This document shows, piece by piece, positions 22,683 through 30,915 of a stretch of DNA of 64,000 nucleotides. Source of the DNA: an uncultured Planctomycetaceae bacterium (lineage in GTDB: Bacteria; Planctomycetota; Planctomycetia; Planctomycetales; Planctomycetaceae); contig CAWJNW010000020.1 in the NCBI GenBank assembly GCA_963844335.1, positions 120,294-184,293 of the forward strand, in the 5' to 3' direction. Within the stretch, counting starts at the first letter, position 1, and the number at the start of each line of letters is the position of its first letter. A program made the translations under genes and the position numbers. The notes beneath the pieces are model-generated. The model was given only the letters and a program-made list of their open reading frames with translations. It did no database searches and had not been told where the DNA came from.

Positions 22683-23255
22683 ATGAAATCGCAAGCCGAA
22701 ATCGATCGCGAAAGGAGTTGGGCCGCCACCCTCGCCTCCTGGGGCGGCCTGGTGTTGGCGGGGGCTCTCTTTTCGTTGGCGACACTTGCACCGCGTGTGG
22801 CGGACCTGCAGGAACTCAGAAGCCGCTATGCTGAGAACCAGAAGCGGCTGGTCAGCCTCGAGCGTCAGGCAGACGACCTGGCACGCGTCGCCGAAGCACT
22901 GAGAACGGACCCTCAGTTCCTGACGGAGCTTGCCAAGCTCGAGTTCTCCGGCACCCTGCGAGATGCAGAGGCGATTCCGGTCGATCCGGAGCTGCGGCTC
23001 GGCGACGGACGCGCGGCGACGAACGCCGTGTCGTTCAACACTTCAACGGCGGCCAAAGAGTGGTTTCACGCCTTGCTCGCCGGGCTTTCCACACTCCCGC
23101 GAGTGCGAGCCGCATTGCTGGCGATTGCAATGGCGATCGGCTTTGCTTCTCTAATCGGTGTCCGCGAAGAACAGCTTGCTGTGATTCGGCGCCTCATGAG
23201 CATCGCCGTAACCACAGTCACGTCCCTCACTGCACGATATCATCGCATCTCATAA
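22683..23255 (+). CDS. Membrane coiled-coil protein, septum-formation-initiator (FtsB/DivIC)-like.
   Basis: An N-terminal TM segment (WAATLASWGGLVLAGALFSLATLA) is followed by a heptad-like region LQELRSRYAENQKRLVSLERQADDLARVAEALRTDPQFLTELAKLEF. Its position directly 3' of eno matches the eno-ftsB synteny common in bacteria. A second hydrophobic segment near the C-terminus is atypical. Confidence 0.45.
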   Translation: MKSQAEIDRERSWAATLASWGGLVLAGALFSLATLAPRVADLQELRSRYAENQKRLVSLERQADDLARVAEALRTDPQFLTELAKLEFSGTLRDAEAIPVDPELRLGDGRAATNAVSFNTSTAAKEWFHALLAGLSTLPRVRAALLAIAMAIGFASLIGVREEQLAVIRRLMSIAVTTVTSLTARYHRIS

Positions 23256-23270
23256 GTCGTTTCATATCGG

Positions 23271-24560
23271 CTATGGCGACGGCGTGCGCTTGAGCGGGAG
23301 TGACTCGTAATAAGTGGCGACATCCTCGATCTGCTGTGCATTCAGGCAAGGCGCGACATGCTCCATCAGGTGGGCGTACTCCGAACCGCCTCTGTGACCT
23401 GATTGGAAGAGTTTGAGCTGCATCACGAGATACGGAGCGTATTGCCCGTCGAGAATCGGATAGGCAGAGTTACCGTGCTCGCGGGCGGGACCATGACAAT
23501 CCTGGCAGGCTGGAACACGCTGCTTCGCGAGACCTTGATGAGCGATGTTCTGACCGCGTTCGAGCGCCTCGTTCTTGTGAGCCGGCTGAAACTTGTTCGC
23601 CGATGCAATTGGTTCTGGGGATGCGCCGTCCGGTTCAGCCTCAAGCTGGCTGAAGTAGTCCGCTAACGCCTCGATTGTCGTTGGTTCGAGGGCGGCTGCG
23701 ATAGGTTCCATCACGCCGCTCGCTCGCTCGCTGTCGGCGTACGCCTGGAGTGCCATCGTGAGATACTCCCGCGATTGGCCAGCGAGTTTCGGGAAGGCCC
23801 CGAGTCCGCGACCCAGGCCGTCATGTCCGTGACAGCGGGCGCAGTTAACCCGGATAACGTGTCGAGCAGGTTGCGAGTCAGGCAGAGCTTCAAACGTCAC
23901 GCCTTCATTCGGCGCGACTTCTTCTGGATTCGGAAGGCCTTCACCGAACACGAGCTGGCGGTAACCCTCTGCATCGAGCGTGCGGTATTCGAGCAGGAAC
24001 GCCGTCATGGCCCACACCTCGTCGTCGCGATGATCGGCGGGCCACGCGGGCATGCCGGTGAACTTCATCCCGTGCTTGACGATGTAGAACAGTTCTTCGG
24101 GCTCCCAATTGTCGATGCGAGGGGGCAGGTACGGGGGGTGCGGCGTCATTGCGGCAGCGACGCGGGGGTGATGGTGCGTCGGACTGCCGTGGCACGATCG
24201 GCAAGCGGTTTCGTAATGCCCTGCCCCGAGCAGCACGAGACGTGGATCATCGAGCGAGGGTGCTTTGATGCCGATGCTGTGCGTCGAGACCGAACGGCTC
24301 ATCGACGCCTTCAGAAACCATTCGGTGATCGGCCAGTGGCCCGAACTCGCCTTGATCGGAATCACGCCCGACGCGGCACCGAACAAGCCGCCCACCGCGA
24401 CGAGCACGAGCACGAACGCGGCCACCTTGGCGAACCCCCACAGCCGTCGGCCGAAGCTCGTTCCGTGGGCTACCTCGTCGCAGCCACGAACGGGCGCCGT
24501 CAGAATGGCCTTCACGATCCTTCTGAATCCCTTCGAGATCCGCTTCAGGAGCGAGTTCAA
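23271..24560 (-). CDS. Membrane-anchored tri-haem cytochrome c, the last gene of the oxidase operon.
   Basis: Three CxxCH motifs (CRSCH, CARCH, CQDCH) and a TM anchor FAKVAAFVLVLVAVGGLFG. The ORF-track version (to 25013) overlaps ctaG by about 450 nt. I propose the TTG at 24560, which overlaps the ctaG stop (TTGA). Confidence 0.7.
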   Translation of the reverse strand: MNSLLKRISKGFRRIVKAILTAPVRGCDEVAHGTSFGRRLWGFAKVAAFVLVLVAVGGLFGAASGVIPIKASSGHWPITEWFLKASMSRSVSTHSIGIKAPSLDDPRLVLLGAGHYETACRSCHGSPTHHHPRVAAAMTPHPPYLPPRIDNWEPEELFYIVKHGMKFTGMPAWPADHRDDEVWAMTAFLLEYRTLDAEGYRQLVFGEGLPNPEEVAPNEGVTFEALPDSQPARHVIRVNCARCHGHDGLGRGLGAFPKLAGQSREYLTMALQAYADSERASGVMEPIAAALEPTTIEALADYFSQLEAEPDGASPEPIASANKFQPAHKNEALERGQNIAHQGLAKQRVPACQDCHGPAREHGNSAYPILDGQYAPYLVMQLKLFQSGHRGGSEYAHLMEHVAPCLNAQQIEDVATYYESLPLKRTPSP

Positions 24561-25258
24561 GCAGCGGCCTCCTGATTGCGGTGTTGCAAAAGCTTCGCCA
24601 TGAGCCACAGTCCCCCGGCGAGATACGCCGCACCTCCCACGAACAACATGATCGTGCCCCCAAGCTGCTGATCTTCGAGAGCCGTCAAATCGGTGATTGA
24701 TCCCGGAAAGCGGCATAACGCATCGAAGTCCGTTTGAGGAGCCGCCGCAGCAGACTCCGTCGTCGACGAAGCGTGCGAGTACAACAGTCGCGGTGCAAGG
24801 GCGATCAAAGCTCCGAGCAGCGTCATGTGCATTGATGTCAGCAAGATCGCGATGACACCCGCACCTGTTCGACTCGGCTGCCATCGCACCTGCCCTCCCA
24901 CTGCCGACAGCCACAGGGCCAGACCCGAGACGAAGAACATTGCTTGTTCGAGCAGGAAGCCCCCTGCGTATTCGTGTGACACATCGTGCAGGCGAGGCGC
25001 ATGCCACGCCCACACGACGGCGAACTCAACCATCGACGCCGGCACAGGCGAGAAGACGTGCGGAGCTTTGATCACGGGATCGAAGCGTCCGCCGGCCAAT
25101 CCCAGCGCGATCAACGGAGCCGCCACCGCGACGACCCCCATGTGCAGCGTCATGTGCGCGAAGAATGCACTGCGAGCCATCCGCGGAAGTGGCCCGAGCC
25201 ACAGCAGCGCGAGGAGCAATAATCCGGCGGTGAGGCTGAGCCAACGCATCAGCGACAA
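24557..25258 (-). CDS. ctaG: Cytochrome c oxidase assembly factor, Caa3_CtaG-type membrane protein.
   Basis: Polytopic membrane protein with FAHMTLHMGVVAVAAPLIALG ... EFAVVWAWHAPRLHD ... LEQAMFFVSGLALW ... LTSMHMTLLGALIALAP. Confidence 0.7.
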   Translation of the reverse strand: MSLMRWLSLTAGLLLLALLWLGPLPRMARSAFFAHMTLHMGVVAVAAPLIALGLAGGRFDPVIKAPHVFSPVPASMVEFAVVWAWHAPRLHDVSHEYAGGFLLEQAMFFVSGLALWLSAVGGQVRWQPSRTGAGVIAILLTSMHMTLLGALIALAPRLLYSHASSTTESAAAAPQTDFDALCRFPGSITDLTALEDQQLGGTIMLFVGGAAYLAGGLWLMAKLLQHRNQEAAA

Positions 25259-25626
25259 CTCCCGATGAGCAACGCCGGCAACGCACCGAATATGACGGCA
25301 ACTGCGGAGAGTCCCGAAAGCAGCAATGTGGCGAAGCCGAGGAACAAGTGCCGGTCTTCCGGCGTGTCCGAGTCGTGCGGCCGCTCGCCTTCCACTGTGC
25401 GATGCCTTCGATACGCGGTGTAACCCGTGATCGCGATTCCGATGAGCGCGATCACCGTGTACGCAGCGATGGCGACACGCGCGCCGAACAGCAATCCATC
25501 ACGACCGGCGATTTTTTCGCACCAGATGGCCACGGTGATGTAGCTCAACAGGAAGTGGACACTCCAGATCGCGGGCGCCACGGTCACGATCCACAGGCTC
25601 TCGTGTTTCTCGGGCAGGTGTACCAA
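25249..25626 (-). CDS. Small 3-TM membrane protein within the oxidase operon (possible subunit-IV-like component).
   Basis: 125 aa with three hydrophobic segments. It lies between the subunit I/III gene and ctaG and overlaps the ctaG start by 10 nt. I recognise no family motif. Confidence 0.45.
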   Translation of the reverse strand: MVHLPEKHESLWIVTVAPAIWSVHFLLSYITVAIWCEKIAGRDGLLFGARVAIAAYTVIALIGIAITGYTAYRRHRTVEGERPHDSDTPEDRHLFLGFATLLLSGLSAVAVIFGALPALLIGSCR

Positions 25627-25649
25627 CTGGCGTCCTTAGCAAAGCAGCG

Positions 25650-28205
25650 TCACGACACGAGTGGGAATCCAGCGATCACGGCTGACGTCACGACGGCGGT
25701 GATCGCCGCGAAATGCCAGTAAAGGGCGACGTTCGTGATGTCGATGTCACGTTGAGCGGTCATGCGACCTGCGAGACGACGAAGCGTGCAATACATCTGC
25801 ATGACGAGTCCGACGACAAGATGTGCAGCGGTCCACAAAGCGAGCACCCAGACCGTCGCCTGATACACGTGTTCGGTCGGATCGAGATTCGTGAGCCACG
25901 GTCCCGCGAGCATCGCAGCAGTCGCAGCGACAGACAGCACCGCGGCGATGAGGATGCTTCCATAAAACACGAGCGGCTGATCGAGGCGGTTGCTTCGACG
26001 TGCGAGCAGCGTGAGTCCCCACGAGATCAATGCAAGTCCCGCTGCGATCGAAGGCCACAAAACACCCGGCCCCGGTGTCGGCTCTGGCGGAAAATCGCTG
26101 CGAGCCGTCCAGTAGAAGAAGTACCCGAAGACGAGCGAGACGAACGCCGTCATGTCTCCGAGCATGGTGATGAACATCGCCCACCAGCCGACTGACGCCG
26201 GGCCGGAAGCGTACAGCGGAAGCGCCAGCCCAAGACCGACGTCCTTCTCGTCCTTCTCGGGAATGAACGCCGTGCCTGTCCAGAGCCACGCGAGAATGGT
26301 GACGAAGGACAGGACGGAAGCCGCTGCGGTTGACCACCACCAGTGGAAGGTCGCGAAGATGAACGCGGCCCCCGTGAACATCGCCGCCCAGAAGGTCAGG
26401 AACGTCGGACCGGGAACTCGCAGGCACTGAATCGGCCGCGCGTCGATGACGCTCGTGATGAGCGTTTCGCGGAAGCCTTCCTCAGCGTCCGGCAGATAGA
26501 ACCGACCCTCATCGACGTCGCGCACGAAGTTGGGCTGATCCCACAGCGGATACCGGCTGTCGATTTCGGGAATCGAACGCACTCCCCATGACTTGCCGGG
26601 CATTTCGGAAAGCCATTCGAGTGTGCCGGCATTCCAGGGATTTCGTTCCGACAGTTGCTTGCCCTTCGGGCGGAGCACGTCCCACACGAACACCGCGAAG
26701 CCCGCTGCGAGCACGAACGCGCCAATGCTCGAGACCAGGTTCAGCGTGTCGAAGCCCATCCCTTCGGGGTAGGTGTAAACGCGTCGCGGCATGCCGCGGA
26801 GGCCCGTCCAATGCATCGGCATGAACGTGACGTGAAAGCCGATGAGAATCAGCCAGAAGGCGATCCGTCCGATTCGCTCCGAAAGCATCTTCCCGTTGAC
26901 GAGCGGAAAGAAGTAATAGAACCCGGCGATGATCGGAAAGATCGTTCCGCCCACGAGCACGTAGTGCAGATGCCCGACGATGAAGTACGTGTCGTGCGCC
27001 TGAAAATCGAAGGTCACGATCGCCACCATCACGCCGGTCAGTCCGCCGATGACGAACGTCGCCAATCCGCCGAAGACGAACAACATCGACGTGGTTCGGG
27101 CGACGCGTCCCACCGCGAGCGTCGCGATGAAACAGAAGATCTGCACGCCGGTGGGGATCGCGACGGCCTCTGACGCTGCCGAAAAGAGCCCGAGCGAAAT
27201 GCCGGGCAGTCCTGTCGTGAACATGTGGTGGACCCACAAGCCGAAGCTCAGGAACCCCGTTCCGACGGCAGCGAGCACGATCCACGAGTAGCCCACGATC
27301 GGCGTCTTCGCGAAGGTGGGCACGATCATCGCCACCAGCGCGATCGAGGGCAGGAAAACGATGTAAACTTCGGGATGTCCGAAGATCCAGAACAGGTGTT
27401 GCCACAGCAGAGGGTCTCCGCCGCGGCTCGGATCAAAGAACGGCCAGTGAAACGCCCGTTCGAGCTCGAGCAGGATGTCGCCCGCGATCAACGGCGGGAA
27501 CGCGAACAGAATCATCACCGCCACAACGAGGATGTACCACGAGTAAAGCGGAATCAGGTTGATCCGCATTCCCGGCGGGCGCGTCTTCAGCACACCGACG
27601 ATCAGCTCCACCGCTGCCGCGATCGAAGCGATTTCGATGAAACTCAGTCCTAACAACCAGATGTCGGCCCCGACATCCGGCTGATAAGTCGTCGTCAGCG
27701 GCGGATACATGAACCAGCCGCCGCGCGGTGCCGCATCGAAAAAGATCGACCCGCTGACGAAGATCCCGCCGATCAGAAAGCACCAGAAGCCATACGCCGA
27801 GAGCCGCGGAAACGGCAGATCGCGAGCCCCAAGCATCTGCGGCAGAAAGAGGATCGAGATGGCCTCGAAGATCGGCACGGCGAACAGGAACATCATGATC
27901 GAGCCGTGCAGCGTGAAGACTTGGTTGTAGCGCTCCGCAGTGAGGAAATCGTTGCCCGGGACAGCGAGCTGCACCCGCATCAGCAGCGCGAGCACTCCGG
28001 CGAACAGAAAGAACGCGAAGGAACTCGCGCTGTACCACAGCCCGACTTCGGAATTGTTCACCGCCGACCAGTACCGCCAGCTCTTCGGTGTCTTCCATGC
28101 TTTCGAGAGACGCTCCTCCTGTCCTCGGCGAACGTCTGCAGAAGGTGCTTCTGCGAGCGGTTCGACGTCGGGCGCGATGGCGGCGTTTTCGGGATCGTCG
28201 ATCAT
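25650..28205 (-). CDS. ctaD: Cytochrome c oxidase subunit I fused to subunit III (caa3-type).
   Basis: Haem-copper oxidase motifs WFFGHPEVYI-like (LFWIFGHPEVYIVFLP), GFLSFGLWVHHMFTTG and IVGHLHYVLVGG. About 300 further aa of subunit-III-like helices follow (FFYWTARSDF, ALYWHFAAI). I take the start at MIDDPENAA (ATG 28205). Confidence 0.9.
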   Translation of the reverse strand: MIDDPENAAIAPDVEPLAEAPSADVRRGQEERLSKAWKTPKSWRYWSAVNNSEVGLWYSASSFAFFLFAGVLALLMRVQLAVPGNDFLTAERYNQVFTLHGSIMMFLFAVPIFEAISILFLPQMLGARDLPFPRLSAYGFWCFLIGGIFVSGSIFFDAAPRGGWFMYPPLTTTYQPDVGADIWLLGLSFIEIASIAAAVELIVGVLKTRPPGMRINLIPLYSWYILVVAVMILFAFPPLIAGDILLELERAFHWPFFDPSRGGDPLLWQHLFWIFGHPEVYIVFLPSIALVAMIVPTFAKTPIVGYSWIVLAAVGTGFLSFGLWVHHMFTTGLPGISLGLFSAASEAVAIPTGVQIFCFIATLAVGRVARTTSMLFVFGGLATFVIGGLTGVMVAIVTFDFQAHDTYFIVGHLHYVLVGGTIFPIIAGFYYFFPLVNGKMLSERIGRIAFWLILIGFHVTFMPMHWTGLRGMPRRVYTYPEGMGFDTLNLVSSIGAFVLAAGFAVFVWDVLRPKGKQLSERNPWNAGTLEWLSEMPGKSWGVRSIPEIDSRYPLWDQPNFVRDVDEGRFYLPDAEEGFRETLITSVIDARPIQCLRVPGPTFLTFWAAMFTGAAFIFATFHWWWSTAAASVLSFVTILAWLWTGTAFIPEKDEKDVGLGLALPLYASGPASVGWWAMFITMLGDMTAFVSLVFGYFFYWTARSDFPPEPTPGPGVLWPSIAAGLALISWGLTLLARRSNRLDQPLVFYGSILIAAVLSVAATAAMLAGPWLTNLDPTEHVYQATVWVLALWTAAHLVVGLVMQMYCTLRRLAGRMTAQRDIDITNVALYWHFAAITAVVTSAVIAGFPLVS

Positions 28206-28430
28206 CGAGGCCCGTTCAATCCCAAAGCTTCTGTCGAGAAGCAGCTTCAATACGAGTGCAAGTGGGTGGCGGGGTCTAAGGGCGAATGCCCGATGGCCCC
28301 GGAAGGTCAGCGTTGAATCCGAGGATGAGAAGAAATCGAGACCGCACACTGCGGGACCACGCCCTGCGGGCCCAAGGGGACGCACGCGGTGACTCCGTCA
28401 CCCAGAAATCCGGTCTGAAACCGCTTCGAG

Positions 28431-29468
28431 TCATTTGAGCCCTTCGAGATACGCTGCGAGGGCTTTGAGGTCGTCGGTCGGAAGCATGCCGAAGTGCGGC
28501 ATGTGGACCTGCGGTTTCACGACGTCGGTCTGGCCGATCCAATGAGCGAACGCCAGTTCGTCATTGGGCAGAATGGCTCCCCCAAGACTCTCTCGACCGC
28601 CGACGTGAGTCAGATCGGGTCCGACCGCACCATCGGAGCCGATCCCACGCACCGTGTGGCAGGCGCCGCAACCATTCGAGAGAAAGACCCTCTGTCCCCG
28701 TTCCTCTTTCGTCGCGTCTGGCGATTCTGCGGGACGGGCCTGCTGATCCAACCAGCGCTCGAAGTCCTCCTTCTCGTGAACCACGACCTCGAATGCCATC
28801 AGGGCGTGTGGTCCACCGCAGTATTCCGCACAGGCTCCACGAAAGCGGCCGGTTCGCGTCGGATGTAACGCGAGTCGCGTCGTGCGGCCGGGAATCATAT
28901 CGACCTTGCCGCCCAGCGACGGAATCCAGAAGGAGTGGATGACGTCTGCGCTCTGAAGCTGAAACTCGACCGGTTGGCCGACGGGCAATCGAATCTCATT
29001 CGCCAGCTCGATCGCGTCTTGGCCGGGTCGCTCGTAACGGACTCTCCACCACCACTGCTCGCCGATCACCTGAATCGTCAAACTGCCTTCCGGGGGCGGC
29101 GCAAGTTGAGCTGGGAGCAGTGCCAGCCCAAATGTCAGCAGAATCGTGAGCAGTACCGTCGGCACGACGACTCCGCCGCCGATGATCAATGACGCCGCTC
29201 GCCGCCGACTTAGATCTCCTGGCGTGGATCGAATTGAGATGTAAGTCAGCCCGACGACGACGCTCCAGATCGTGACCAATCCCACGGCCATCCATGTGGT
29301 CAGATCGAAGATCTGCTGGGCACCCTCTCCTGCCGGGTCCAATGCCGACTGGCGACCTGAGCAACCACAAGTCGTCAACAGAGACGCCGCGACGATCAAG
29401 AACGGCCTGAGGCACACGCACGGCAGTCGATCACCGATTTGGCCGCGATGCGTGACACCCATTTCCAT
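28431..29468 (-). CDS. ctaC: Cytochrome c oxidase subunit II with a C-terminal cytochrome c domain (caa3-type).
   Basis: CuA site HSFWIPSLGGKVDMIPGR ... CAEYCGGPHALM, and a fused mono-haem domain CGACHTVRG ... MPHFG. Confidence 0.9.
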   Translation of the reverse strand: MEMGVTHRGQIGDRLPCVCLRPFLIVAASLLTTCGCSGRQSALDPAGEGAQQIFDLTTWMAVGLVTIWSVVVGLTYISIRSTPGDLSRRRAASLIIGGGVVVPTVLLTILLTFGLALLPAQLAPPPEGSLTIQVIGEQWWWRVRYERPGQDAIELANEIRLPVGQPVEFQLQSADVIHSFWIPSLGGKVDMIPGRTTRLALHPTRTGRFRGACAEYCGGPHALMAFEVVVHEKEDFERWLDQQARPAESPDATKEERGQRVFLSNGCGACHTVRGIGSDGAVGPDLTHVGGRESLGGAILPNDELAFAHWIGQTDVVKPQVHMPHFGMLPTDDLKALAAYLEGLK

Positions 29469-29641
29469 GACGACCGGAACCGTCTGCGATGACGAGCAGA
29501 TCTCGTTTCTCCATCAGAGAAGGCATCATGCCACAGTTGCGTTGTCGGTGAACTCAGGGGGAACACCAGATCGAGTTTTGATCGGCATGCGCGTTCGCGA
29601 TTGCCATCCGGAACTGATGAATGAGCGTTCGTGCGCCGCCT

Positions 29642-30703
29642 TCAACGTGAGAAGCATCCCGCAAGGCGTTCGTCGTCGTCGATGATGTTGATGATGTCAG
29701 AAGTGCAGTTCTTCTTTGACAGAATCGTGAAACGGTCAGTTTTCATCGACGGTGCAAGCTGCACGGCCTGAAGCCAATCTTCGTACGAAAACGGGTCGTC
29801 TCGCACTCCTTTCCAGAAGTCCGTGCGATCGAAGAGCTGCGCGATCATCGCCGTGCGCTCGGCATCGGCGTGCAGTTGGCTGACGATGTACGTTGCCAGC
29901 CCGACTTGGAGACCGTGAAGCCTTGGTCGCGACGCGATGGAGTCCAGTGCGTGCGAAATCAAGTGCTCTGAACCGCTGGCAGGTCGCGATGATCCGCAAA
30001 TCGCCATCGTGATCCCGTTCAAGAGCAGCGCTGTTCCGAGCAGCCGCAGTCCCTCGCGGTCTCGCGTCGGTCGTGCCATAAACTGATAGACACTCGCGAC
30101 GGCAAGCATCGCTGCAAAGTCATCGACGACTTCACCGGTCTCGTGAAATGAGAGCTTCCAATCCGCGACGGCGGTGAGTTTAGCAGACAGATCTCCGACG
30201 CCCGACCACCAGAGCTGCACGGGAGCCGCTACGCACAGATCGGTATCGATCACCACGGCGGCTGGCGGCGTCGCCGGCAATGAACGTCGTCGGCCGCGCA
30301 TCGTCAGGCTCGCCATCGGCGACGCGAAGCCATCGTTCGAGAGCGACGTGGGCAGTGCAAAAAACGGCACGCCAGCAAGATGTGCGACGTATTTGGCGAC
30401 GTCGATCGCACGACCACCTCCGAGTCCGATGACGGCGTCACCGATAGGGGCTGTCCCAAAGAGCTCGGATGCGGCTTCAAAGCTCGCCTCCGACACGGCC
30501 ACACAGGCAGCGACGTCAATACCCGACACAGCGAGAGCGTTCTGCCCGCGTTCGATCAGATTCGGCGGAAGATCGCTGCTGAACAGCAATGAGATTCGTC
30601 GAAAGCCGAAGCGATTGGCGTACACGCCCACCCGTTCAAGCGCTGCGGGCTTGATCCGCACCAGCGTCGGCACGGAGATTCGGTTGAGGCCAGAGACGTT
30701 CAT
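29642..30703 (-). CDS. sn-Glycerol-1-phosphate dehydrogenase-like protein (EgsA/AraM branch of the Fe-ADH/DHQS-like superfamily).
   Basis: GLGGGRAIDVAKYVAHLAGVPFFALPTSLSNDGFASP and SSRPASGSEHLISHALD. I take the start at MNVSGLNRISVPTLVRIKP (ATG 30703). This is a family-level call from motifs only. Confidence 0.65.
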   Translation of the reverse strand: MNVSGLNRISVPTLVRIKPAALERVGVYANRFGFRRISLLFSSDLPPNLIERGQNALAVSGIDVAACVAVSEASFEAASELFGTAPIGDAVIGLGGGRAIDVAKYVAHLAGVPFFALPTSLSNDGFASPMASLTMRGRRRSLPATPPAAVVIDTDLCVAAPVQLWWSGVGDLSAKLTAVADWKLSFHETGEVVDDFAAMLAVASVYQFMARPTRDREGLRLLGTALLLNGITMAICGSSRPASGSEHLISHALDSIASRPRLHGLQVGLATYIVSQLHADAERTAMIAQLFDRTDFWKGVRDDPFSYEDWLQAVQLAPSMKTDRFTILSKKNCTSDIINIIDDDERLAGCFSR

Positions 30704-30915
30704 AGCCGCGCTCCCCTCCGCCACGTACCGTAGCGGGTTGTTCCAGATAGGCGACCCGCTGCACCACATGCCTCTGCATCGAGTGATCGGCTCGAATGCA
30801 TCCTAGACGACGGCGATCGCAAAGAGTTGTTAGACTGTGGGGTGTATTGTGAATTGCTGCTGCGCATGGACGTTCCTGCCTGAGCTCTGCTGAACCGCGA
30901 AGAAACTTGTCCAGA

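Noticed and set aside
24561-25013. N-terminal 150 aa of the 580-aa ORF-track version of the tri-haem cytochrome.
   Set aside because: It overlaps ctaG in another frame and has a non-protein-like sequence. The TM anchor and haem motifs all lie downstream of the TTG at 24560.
28206-28385. 60-aa N-terminal extension of oxidase subunit I in the ORF track.
   Set aside because: The extension lacks any subunit I similarity. MIDDPENAA at 28205 precedes the first conserved helices at the usual distance.
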